Shown: positions 1-9,377 of the stretch, in pieces
Layout: each line of letters opens with the position of its first letter
Numbering within the stretch: position 1 is the first letter of the stretch
Assembly (NCBI RefSeq): GCF_964204645.1
Contig: NC_134034.1
Location: forward strand, 2,170,072 to 2,234,071
Source of the DNA: Tubulanus polymorphus
Taxonomy: Eukaryota; Animalia; Nemertea
DNA length: 64,000 nucleotides
Direction of reading: 5' to 3'
Notes under the pieces: model-generated
What the model was told of the DNA's origin: nothing
Databases searched by the model: none
Seen by the model: only the letters and a program-made list of their open reading frames with translations
Program-made: the position numbers and the translations under genes

Positions 1-254
1 AGTTCCATAAATTCTTTTCTTTCTGTTCTAGTTGAAATTCTACCACTTTCAGGAGCTTTTAAATATTTATTTAATTTTTCACGTAATTCGGAATTAATTC
101 CATCATAATCATCATCTTCACCTAAATTAGTATTATATTCTGGCTCATTACCGTCATTAAAACTTGTTTCACTAAAATCAGGTTGTTGTTCATCACTTAT
201 ACCAGGTTCATCTAAAGGATCCAATGGAATATCTTCTCCACCTTCTACACCCAT
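1..254 (-). CDS. Viral hypothetical protein, acidic N-terminus (truncated by window edge)
   Basis: ATG at 254 preceded by TATATAA; reads MGVEGGEDIPLDPLDEPGISDEQQPDFSETSF... open to position 1. Confidence 0.7.
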   Translation of the reverse strand, partial: MGVEGGEDIPLDPLDEPGISDEQQPDFSETSFNDGNEPEYNTNLGEDDDYDGINSELREKLNKYLKAPESGRISTRTERKEFME

Positions 255-276
255 TTATATAATAAAGAAATTAAAA

Positions 277-1659
277 TTAAAAATATAATATTCCTCCGAT
301 TACAATTCCTATACAAGTTATAGCTAATTTAGCATTTTCATGGGATTTATTATCATCATTAGTTTTAATTATATCATGTTGAATAATATCAGTTTTAATA
401 TTTTCTGATGTATTGTAATCTTTTATTTTAGAATCATTATTTAATGTAATATTCTTAGTTTTAGTTTCAGTTGATTGAATGTGTTTTTTATTTTTTTCAC
501 CTTCCATTAATTTTGGAGCAGTAATAATCTTTTTATTTATATCATCCAATCCAAATGAATTATTTATTGTTGCAGTTTTAATTAGATTATTATAACCAAT
601 TATATTTCCCATCTTTAATACTAAATCATTAGAAATAATTAATAGATTAGGGCCTATACAATAATTTAATCTTACATGAGATTTATCTAAATAATTTTGA
701 TATCTTATAATGTTTTCTGGAATCGATCTATTTTTATCATTATGTATGGTATCTTCAAATAAAACTTTAAATTGTTTCTGTGTATCAAATGATGTATTTA
801 AATTTCCAATTATTGGGGATCTTGTTTCAACTTGTGCACCTAGAATACATATCAAATAAGTTCTAATAGATTGATTTATTCTTTGTATACCTGATTTTGT
901 AAAACCTTCATTATTTTCTGAAATGAAATAAACCCAACCATTATTGTTTTCTTGTTTTAAATTATCATAAAATGTCGGTAATTTATTGAAATTTAATGTT
1001 TCTAAATCCTTAGTTTCTTTTTTACCATAACCTAATTTATTACTATAGATATTATACAAACTATTAGATGGTATGGGAAGTGCACAATATTCTGCAATCT
1101 TTTTAGGGCAAGGAAGTGATCTTATTGTTCCAATTTTTGTTCTAAAATCAGAATTATTTATATCTATATTAAATTCATTACAAATTTTATTAAACTTTGA
1201 TAAATTAATATTATTATCTAATTCTTTAAAATACCTAGATCCTGGTAAAGCGCACTCTAATTCATTTAATATTATTCTTATTTGAAAGTCTGTATAAAAT
1301 CTAAATAAACTTTGAATTAATTTATATTTAGAATTAATCAAATGATCATTCCAACTAATTCCACAACCTGTTGTTGCACAATAAACAGCAAAATTTAATT
1401 GGTTCTGCCAATACTTCATATTAGATTTTAATAACCATTGTTTTTCATCTTTCAATTTTTTCAAATTAATTAAATATACATGAAATATATTTTCCATCTT
1501 TGCATTAAAATTATTAGTTTCAGTAACATAAATTTCTAAATTAGTTAATGAATCTAAAACTTCATTTCTATATGTAATATCTTTATTAAAATCTATTGCT
1601 GGAATATTATATTTAATTGATTTATTATATTGGTAAGCTTTTGGAAAACTATCTACCAT
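277..1659 (-). CDS. Viral hypothetical protein, 460 aa, C-terminal transmembrane anchor
   Basis: Intact ORF; motif-like block WQNQLNFAVYCATTGCGIS; hydrophobic end LAITCIGIVIGGILYF; starts in ACTAAATAAATG. Confidence 0.8.
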   Translation of the reverse strand: MVDSFPKAYQYNKSIKYNIPAIDFNKDITYRNEVLDSLTNLEIYVTETNNFNAKMENIFHVYLINLKKLKDEKQWLLKSNMKYWQNQLNFAVYCATTGCGISWNDHLINSKYKLIQSLFRFYTDFQIRIILNELECALPGSRYFKELDNNINLSKFNKICNEFNIDINNSDFRTKIGTIRSLPCPKKIAEYCALPIPSNSLYNIYSNKLGYGKKETKDLETLNFNKLPTFYDNLKQENNNGWVYFISENNEGFTKSGIQRINQSIRTYLICILGAQVETRSPIIGNLNTSFDTQKQFKVLFEDTIHNDKNRSIPENIIRYQNYLDKSHVRLNYCIGPNLLIISNDLVLKMGNIIGYNNLIKTATINNSFGLDDINKKIITAPKLMEGEKNKKHIQSTETKTKNITLNNDSKIKDYNTSENIKTDIIQHDIIKTNDDNKSHENAKLAITCIGIVIGGILYF

Positions 1660-1690
1660 TTATTTAGTTAAAAAATTAATAATTTATTAA

Positions 1691-2098
1691 TTATTTTAAT
1701 AATTTATCTTGTTTTTCAACTGTTATATGACCATTTAAACTTATGATATAATCTAGTGTATTCTTTAATTTATTAATTTCTTTTATATTAGTTTTAATTT
1801 TTTCTTTATTACTTTTGAACTTATACCAGTTAAAACACTTGAACTTAATCCTAATACACCAATTGATATAGCTAAAGGTGTTAATGGACTGAATATTGCT
1901 AGAAATGTTATTACAGAACTAATTGTAACCGAACCACTTATAACCAAATAATATATAATTTTAGATTTTAAATATTTTTTCTTTTTTTATCTTTAAGTCA
2001 CTTTCAAATTCTAATATTTGTTTTTCTAAATATGTTTTTAATTTAGTTTTATTTATATCATGAGGAATAATATCAATATTATCAACTTTATTTTCCAT
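1691..2098 (-). pseudogene. Frameshifted viral membrane protein (~135 aa)
   Basis: ATG at 2098 in GCTAAATAAATG; MENKVDNIDIIPHD... shifts in the A-run near 1975-1990 into YLKSKIIYYLVISGSVTISSVITFLAIFSPLTPLAISIGVLGLSSSVLTGISS (two TM segments); a further shift near 1800-1815 leads to ...KNTLDYIISLNGHITVEKQDKLLK*. Confidence 0.65.
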
Positions 2099-2118
2099 TT
2101 ATTTAGCAAAAAAAATTA

Positions 2119-2541
2119 CTAATTAGTAAATTTATATGCTACAAATATAACAATAACAGTTCCACCAAAAATCCAAATTATTTCATATTTCTGTTGTTCT
2201 TTACTTGGGGTATAATAATCTGATAATTTAGGTTTGTATAGATGTAATTTTTCTTTATTTGTTACCGCGTTATATAAACTCATTGCATCATCAACTGATT
2301 GAAAATCTCTATGTGAAATCTTCTGATCATATAATTCCTTGTTAATATAATCCATATAGTTTTGTCGTTTTTCTCTATATTCTTCCGCTGCTTTATTGTA
2401 TTTCTCTAACGCTAAGTTATGTCTTCTTTGTTCTCCTAATGAACTATTTTTATCAATATATTTAAATAAATAACCACCACCAGTAAATGCTAAAGCGTTA
2501 ACAATTGCCGATCCTATAATAGTTATAATTGCAGAAGCCAT
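2119..2541 (-). CDS. Viral small membrane protein, 140 aa
   Basis: Hydrophobic N-terminus (MASAIITIIGSAIVNALAFTGGGYLF), coiled segment EQRRHNLALEKYNK, C-terminal TM; starts in ACTAAATAAATG. Confidence 0.8.
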   Translation of the reverse strand: MASAIITIIGSAIVNALAFTGGGYLFKYIDKNSSLGEQRRHNLALEKYNKAAEEYREKRQNYMDYINKELYDQKISHRDFQSVDDAMSLYNAVTNKEKLHLYKPKLSDYYTPSKEQQKYEIIWIFGGTVIVIFVAYKFTN

Positions 2542-2565
2542 TTATTTAGTAAAATAATTACACAT

Positions 2566-2787
2566 TTATATGGGAGGAATATATTTTTGTTTTTCCAAAT
2601 AATCAATAGTTAAATTAGATAAAGTTACTGCTAATGTTAATTTTAAAATATCATTGATATCAAATCTATCAACATTAACACTTCCCATTTTGAATACTTT
2701 TTTTAATACCATTGAATAACCAACAGTTCCAACTGATAGTAAAGCGCCATTATATAATCCAGTTATTATCCACTTATTATCACTCAT
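2566..2787 (-). CDS. Viral small hydrophobic protein, 73 aa
   Basis: Intact ORF abutting the stop of the upstream ORF (TAA ATG); two moderately hydrophobic helices. Confidence 0.7.
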   Translation of the reverse strand: MSDNKWIITGLYNGALLSVGTVGYSMVLKKVFKMGSVNVDRFDINDILKLTLAVTLSNLTIDYLEKQKYIPPI

Positions 2788-3129
2788 TTATTTATCAAAA
2801 AAATTACTATCATCAAAATATTTAGTTATCTTAGTGATGATTAATTCAACATTTATTTCATTACTACTTTGATGATTATCATATATTTTGGTTAATATGT
2901 TTTTGATATCATCAATAATTCCATCTTCATTTAATTCATAATATCCTAAAGGTGATTTAATTAAATCAATTACTTTTTCTATATTATAATTTTCTTTATC
3001 AATCATTGATGCATTGTTAAATGATTTACTTTTTATATCAGTAATTACATCATTTAGTTTAATTCTCATTTCTTTACCATGTTTAAAATCAAACCCAAAA
3101 CATATACTCGGTCCAACAGTTATATTCAT
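2788..3129 (-). CDS. Viral hypothetical protein, 113 aa
   Basis: Intact ORF in the packed array; starts in CTATATAAATG. Confidence 0.65.
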   Translation of the reverse strand: MNITVGPSICFGFDFKHGKEMRIKLNDVITDIKSKSFNNASMIDKENYNIEKVIDLIKSPLGYYELNEDGIIDDIKNILTKIYDNHQSSNEINVELIITKITKYFDDSNFFDK

Positions 3130-3146
3130 TTATATAGTGAATAAAA

Positions 3147-3908
3147 TTACTCTCTACATCTTATAACTAATTCATAAATTACAGGGAAATTATTTAAATC
3201 AATTAAGTATCCATTATGATTTCTAATTTCTAATCTAAAATTATTAAAACGAGGAATGCATGGTTTGAAATCACATTCTGTTAAATTATAATTTATTTGC
3301 GTTCCAAATTCTTTAACATTCTTCAATGGTAAAATGTTTAGTAAACCAGAATTACAAGTTATATCTTTAGTTGCTTCGAATGTTTTTGTAGGATCGATTA
3401 AATTGCAATAAATATAAAAATGTGTGTAAGGTATTAAGTTTGGTGTAGTAGCGTCAATATTTGTAAAAGATCCATCTGGAAGAATTCCTAACAGTTTAGC
3501 TATAGGTTTTTTTACCATAAATTTATGTTTTTCACTATTAGACAACCTTATCTTTATTCTATCAGAACTCTCACTTTTTAAAAATCTAATACTTAACCCA
3601 GAACTACTACCTAATTTGTGCCAGGCTTTTCTATTAATTTCTTGTGATAATGTATCTAAATTATATAACCCTGGTTTTAAATATATATAGGCCCATTCAT
3701 TTTTATTCTTATTAAAAATTAAAAAGGCTCTATGTTCAATAGTTTTATTCGATATATTGTAAAAAGAATTACATAAACTTATATTAACTAATTTTAAATC
3801 TACACAATTCTTAAATTCTCTATCTAATTGAACTAGTAAATTATGAGATTTATAATTAGTAAGTTTTCTTGAATCAACAAATATTCTGTATTCTTTTAAT
3901 TCCGGCAT
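3147..3908 (-). CDS. Minor capsid (penton-like, single jelly-roll) protein
   Basis: Pattern typical of Polinton/PLV minor capsid: IFVDSR near N-terminus, NSFYNI, PGLYNLDTL..IN, FYIYCNLID, C-terminal LEIRNHNGYLIDLNNFPVIYELVI. Confidence 0.72.
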   Translation of the reverse strand: MPELKEYRIFVDSRKLTNYKSHNLLVQLDREFKNCVDLKLVNISLCNSFYNISNKTIEHRAFLIFNKNKNEWAYIYLKPGLYNLDTLSQEINRKAWHKLGSSSGLSIRFLKSESSDRIKIRLSNSEKHKFMVKKPIAKLLGILPDGSFTNIDATTPNLIPYTHFYIYCNLIDPTKTFEATKDITCNSGLLNILPLKNVKEFGTQINYNLTECDFKPCIPRFNNFRLEIRNHNGYLIDLNNFPVIYELVIRCRE

Positions 3909-3925
3909 TTATTTTACATATTTTC

Positions 3926-4279
3926 TCATTCGAAATCTATTTCATGGTGCCCTTTTTCATTCTTACCTTTGTATACGAAATAGAAATCTCCAGAACATAA
4001 TTCTTCTAAGTCTTCACTTGATAATCTATGAAATCTATCAGGTAAATATGTTCTGAATTTATATGTATTTCCTTTTAATCCTTCATATTCTAAGTGTATA
4101 ACTAATTTATCTCCGTAGTTATTAGTAACTGTATCAATATTTGTAATTAGATATTTCTTATGGATTGTTAATTCTGTTAACTTTTTGAATTTATAATCTA
4201 CAGATTTTACATTTGTTATATCTTTAATTCTATCTAGAAATAATTTGTTGTTCTCACTGTTTGCGTGCTTACTCTCCAT
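3926..4279 (-). CDS. Viral 117-aa protein, possible OB-fold ssDNA-binding protein
   Basis: Beta-rich pattern FKKLTEL..KYLI...TNNYG.KLVIHL...YLPDRF...FVYKG, directly downstream of pPolB; fold is inference. Confidence 0.6.
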   Translation of the reverse strand: MESKHANSENNKLFLDRIKDITNVKSVDYKFKKLTELTIHKKYLITNIDTVTNNYGDKLVIHLEYEGLKGNTYKFRTYLPDRFHRLSSEDLEELCSGDFYFVYKGKNEKGHHEIDFE

Positions 4280-4308
4280 TTATAATACATATTTTTATCA
4301 AAATTTGA

Positions 4309-7300
4309 TTAACACGTTAGAATTCTTTTCATTATCTCGTTCTCTTTTGTTTCTTCTCTTTTAAATTTAAAGTATTCATCTAAATTGCAACCATAAGCAA
4401 CTGTATGAATTCCATCATCCAGAATATATCTTTTATCATCAAATGGGTTTAGACTTATCTTTTCAATTTCTTCAATAAACATTTCATGATCTTCAGATCT
4501 TAAACATCTCATCTTATGTTTTCTAACTTCTTCATTGAATATATAATTGATGTAATCTTTAAAATGAATATTCTTTTCTACTACACTTTTGGTTATTCCT
4601 TTTAACTTTTTAGCTTCATGTTCTTTAGTTTTATATGAATACATTTTAGATCTAATACCGATGAATTCAATCATTTCTTCACCACCTAATTCATCTTTGA
4701 ATTTACCGGGAACTTTTTTATTATCATTGCTAAACAATTCATGATCTTTAGGATAATTACTGAAATCAAAATGATGTTTTAATGTTTTTAAATCATCTGT
4801 TATGTTATCAGTTTTTATCTTTAATATGTAACTGTCAGTATCAAAATATAATATTTCTATATGTTTTTCTCCAAAAAGTGGTTGTAATACATTATAATAG
4901 AATTCATACATTAGTAATTTTGATAATTCTAAAACTGAAGCGCCAACATAGATTGGTTTATTAAATTTCATTGATGTTCTTCTCATCTTAACTGCGGCTA
5001 AATTTTCATCAAATATTCTGTTACCAATGAACTTAGGATATGATTGTAAATGTCTACCATAGAATGCATTATTCATTAACTTGAAGAAATCTTTTTCGAA
5101 ATCAGTTTTAGCTTCAGTTCTCTGTTTGGTGTTAAAATCTATATATTTTTCTAACCATTTAGATTGACTAAATGAAATATATCTATGTACTTTTTTAGGA
5201 TCATTCCTTGATTCAAATAAAACTTTGACATTCTATAATGTACTACATAATTATATTTATCTTCTTGAGTTACCATTAACTTTTCTGTATGAATATGATT
5301 TTCGGGTTTAATTCTTTTTTGGTAATTTGATAATTCTTCATGAGTTACAGTTTTATGTTCGGGGCAGTAAGCTAGATTTCTAGATTTAAATTTAATATGT
5401 TCAGGATATTCTAAATCTACAACAAAGAAGTAACCAGTATCTGAATCATCTGCAATATCTAGAATTCTTTTCTTCCAATCAAATTTATCATTATTTTCAT
5501 TCTGTAAAACTTCACTTATTTCAAATACTCCATAAGGTTGTGGTTCCATCATTGCCCAACCATACAAATCATTTGCATCTATATATAATAACTTATATCC
5601 AGGGTTATCATTTACATTGAAATATCTATCACCTAATACACCTGAAACTCCTCCTCTTATAGATTTTTCAAATAATAATAATTGATCTATATTTGTTAAC
5701 AAATCCATTTTTATGTCTGTAAATTTTAAACCACAATCCCATGTTAAACCTGGGCTAGAATAACAATGACAAGGATCAATGTTAAAATATTTTAGGTTTA
5801 CATCTCTAAACCTTTCGAATATATCGGTTAATAATAATACATCTGATTTTAGATATAAATCTACTAATTGCCCATGATTTTCTATTTTGAAATGATTCCA
5901 AATATTCAATGTTCTATTATAGACTTCATCTTTAACATATTCATTTTTTAATTCATCATAGAATTGTTCTTTTAATAATTCAGTTATATTAAAATCATTA
6001 TGTGATTTATAAAATGAATATGGAATCGCTCCTTTATATCTCATTAATATAAAATCATCATTATTTGGATAGTGTTGCTTTAATATTTTTAATTCATCAT
6101 CAACTAATGATTTTGATAAGTTATCTAATGAACTATTTAAAAATCTATATGAATCTATAAATCTTAGACACCCAAATTGGAATGATATATAATTCTCAGA
6201 TGTTTTAGCTAACATTCTAAATTTATAAGTTGGTATTTTATCTTTTGATCTATTTGAATTTAATCTTTCTATTTCATTATTGATTCTTCTTTATTTCTTC
6301 TATTTTATGGCATAGTTGTTTGATAAATAAATGTGCATCATATCCTGATAGATTATGAAATATAACTGGTACAAAGTTAATTTTCTTAGCTTGTAAGTTA
6401 CAATTCTCATGTGCAGCGCCTCTAAACTTTCCATTCAAATGATCATGGTCTCTTACTTTTTTATCTTTATAATTAAATATCTTTTCACAACAATAACATT
6501 TATCTGCAAACGCAAATACTTCTTTATCTTCTTCTGTCATTATAATTTCTATATTTGTATTCAATAATTTACTAAATCTTATTTCATATTCAATTAATAA
6601 GTCACATAAATGATTGATAACATTTTCATTTCTGTAATCATAATATTCACTTTCAATTAGTTCTGGATAATCAGATTTAATATATAACCCGAAAGCTGCA
6701 GCTGATTGATGAATCTTTTTAATAGTATTTGTTTTTGGTGGTTCTTCAGAATAATCATTTTCATTAGAATTTAATTTCTTTCTCTTATAATATATTTCTT
6801 TTCTATCTTGATCAGTTAGTTCTTTATTTAATGATTCAAAATCTCCATATATAACAAATGGTATTTTATTTTTGTAATCAAATTTTTTGAATTCTAATAT
6901 TTTATCTTTTTCATTTGGTAAAACTAATTTACAATAATCATGATTTTCACATAATTGTTTATGATTTAATAATGTACTTTCATTACTGAATCTATGTAAA
7001 CATTTTCTACATAGATATATTTTATTATGGTGATCACTTTCTGTTCTAAAGAATAAATCTATTTGTTTAATCCACATATAATGATTCTCATAATATAATA
7101 TATCTATAACATCGTTTGAATCATAATCTTTTGATAGGTATAAAGGTTCTAATGTATAATGTTTTATGTTGTTACCTTTTGTATTTGGTAATTTGATTAA
7201 ATCAAATACATTTATCTTTATATTATTATCTCTTTCTATTTTTGGGATGTTTTTAATTCTAACAGGATACTTATCTATCTTATAATTATTTTCAAATGGT

Positions 7301-8290
7301 TTATAATGGGTTAATCTAAAACTATGTGTAATATCTTCTGTTGGGTGTAAACAACTTATTATAGCCCATAGAAAAAATTTATCATCTTCATTTTGTACAT
7401 TTATTACAGCATTAGTTTTAAATGGTAGTTTAATATAACTCGATGCTTCAATATCTGGTTCTTTATAATATGATACATTATTTTCATCAATTGGTTTTGA
7501 TTCAGTTAACTTATTATATTTTGTGTTATAAACATGTAAAGTCATAAATATAATTTCATCAAATATTAAACCAGATCCTTCGAAATATTTCTCTTCTATT
7601 TTAGTTTTTACTTCATTATAACATTTATCTAATTTATCATCTATATGTTGTTTAGATATAATATGTTGTGAATGGGAATTTATATTATATATTGGTTTAT
7701 CTTCAGATTTTATGAATTTAACTTTAGAAGATATACTTATTTTAGGATATTCAACATCAGTTATTATTTTCATTATTTCTTTCATATTTTCTAAATGTTT
7801 TTTATTTTCTAATAACGTTTTTCCTTTATGAAATTTAAACTCGATAGCTGCTGGACCAACATCACTTTTAAATGCTTCGGTTATCTCTATATCTTTTTTA
7901 TTATCTAATGAATTAATATAATTTCTTACATCTTCCATGTATGGTCTTTTATTGTTTAATTTATTTTTTATGCTTTTAATTGTCTTCTGTTTCTTATCAT
8001 TATCTTTATCAAAATAATCTTCACCTATCATTATTCATATTTCTAATATGACTTTTAGATTTTAAATGTTCTTTATAATATCTTTTATCACTGAATGATT
8101 GATTACATGTATCACATTTGTATGTTTCTTTTTCATTCTTTAATTCATCTAATTTAGTTTCTAATATAACATCTTCATATTCTAGTTTCAATTTATTCTC
8201 TAAATGTGTTTTAGTTTTATTGTGTCTTGCTTTTTGGGATTTATCTACATTGATATTACATGTTGGACAGTAGTACTTATTTGCTTCCAT
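4309..8290 (-). pseudogene. polB: Protein-primed family B DNA polymerase (Polinton type) with N-terminal C2H2 fingers, OTU-like and endonuclease VII-like segments; disrupted
   Basis: Pieces 8021-8290 (two C2H2 fingers), 6277-8031, 5151-6215, 4309-5076. Motifs: exo I YGDFES, EndoVII-like DHDHLNGKFRGAAHENCN, exo II FHNLSGYD, exo III YLKSDVLLL, pol A YIDANDLYGWAM, pol B KLMNNAFYG, pol C YFDTDS. Frameshifts near 6285 and 5192; probable frameshift near 8025. Confidence 0.92.
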
Positions 8291-8496
8291 TTTAATACTA
8301 AATTTTTTATTAAAATGGATTTTAGAAGTTCAATGATTTATATCATGTATTATTTCAATCACACTTTACTAAAACTTTTAATGTTTAAAAATCTAACTCA
8401 CACAAATATGAATATTGAAATAATGTTGTAAATATATACTTTTATATTGAATAATCTGTCAATTTAAATGTTATTCATGTATATGATTATTTTAAG

Positions 8497-8678
8497 AGTA
8501 ATAGGGATAATAGGCTTTCATATCAAAGGTTGAAGGGGCGAGTGAGTAAAAAATGAAAATAATTTACAGTTGAATTAGGAGTGTGCGCGACTAATTCAAC
8601 TGTAAATTATGTTATTTTCATTTTTTTACGAGCTCGACCTTTCGACCTTTGGTATGAAAGCCTATTATCCCTATTACT
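8497..8678. repeat. 182-bp imperfect palindrome at the element boundary
   Basis: AGTAATAGGGATAATAGGCTTTCATATCAAAGG...TTTACAGTTGAATTAG / ~12-nt loop / CTAATTCAACTGTAAA...CCTTTGGTATGAAAGCCTATTATCCCTATTACT. Confidence 0.93.
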
Positions 8679-9377
8679 AACCTGCACCCGCGGGCTCAAA
8701 ATGAATACAAAAAAAATTCAAGGGTTCAAGTTAAGACTGATCTATAAAACCTAGTCCATACAAGGTTAGATCCTATAGGTTAGAACCCAAGACTCCAATA
8801 CAAGTCGAATTACAAGTGTTGATAAGCATTAATATTGGCAGCTGACCATTTGCCTTTCTTTTTTGGCGAAAAATGATTGAACTCGAACCGACGTTCTGTG
8901 CGAACCAATAGCCAAAATCCATACCTGCTATATGCCCTCAATGAAAAAGGAAATATTCAAAACTCACAAAGCAATAGTTACGACATGCTCGCTATGTGTG
9001 GCATATGACCAACAGCAGTTGCGCAACTCGGCAAGGCGCTAATCGCAAGGCAGCATCTAAAACCGCTTTCAATAATTTCTAACGTTTAAACGCGCAACTC
9101 GAAACATCATATAGCTGCAAATGAAATAGTAGTTTTAACGAATCTATTAGAGTAAAAAGTCGACGTGAAGGTGCATATTTTCAACGCAGGTAATTACGCG
9201 AAAAGCCTCTCGGGTGAACGAACACTTTTTTAAAGAAATAATTGCAGCAGCAACGAAGTATATTTTTATATCGTGAATTTCGTGATTGGACGAACTGTAA
9301 TTCGTTTTGATTGGTTATTCAGACGAAAGGAAACTTACACGAAAGTTGTACCTTACAGATTGCGCTCATTCGGTCGT

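Larger units (their letters stand above)
1..8678 (-). mobile_element. Endogenous Polinton/Maverick-like virus (right part; left end outside window)
   Basis: Intronless, densely packed co-oriented ORFs, ~20-25% GC versus clearly higher GC in flanking host DNA. Encodes pPolB and a penton-like protein. Ends in a palindrome terminating ...TATTACT at 8678 (Polinton termini are 5'-AG...CT-3'). No major capsid, ATPase or integrase seen within the window. Confidence 0.88.

Noticed and set aside
8204-8431. 75-aa plus-strand ORF
   Set aside because: Antisense to the zinc-finger ORF, no recognisable features, opposite to all other element genes
8502-8519. TAGGGATAATAGG resembling the I-SceI site
   Set aside because: Only a partial match to the 18-bp site; no homing endonuclease context
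1-8678. Contaminant or mis-joined viral contig rather than an integrated element
   Set aside because: Inactivating lesions and a defined palindromic boundary fit an endogenous copy better; not fully excluded without reads spanning ~8400-9000
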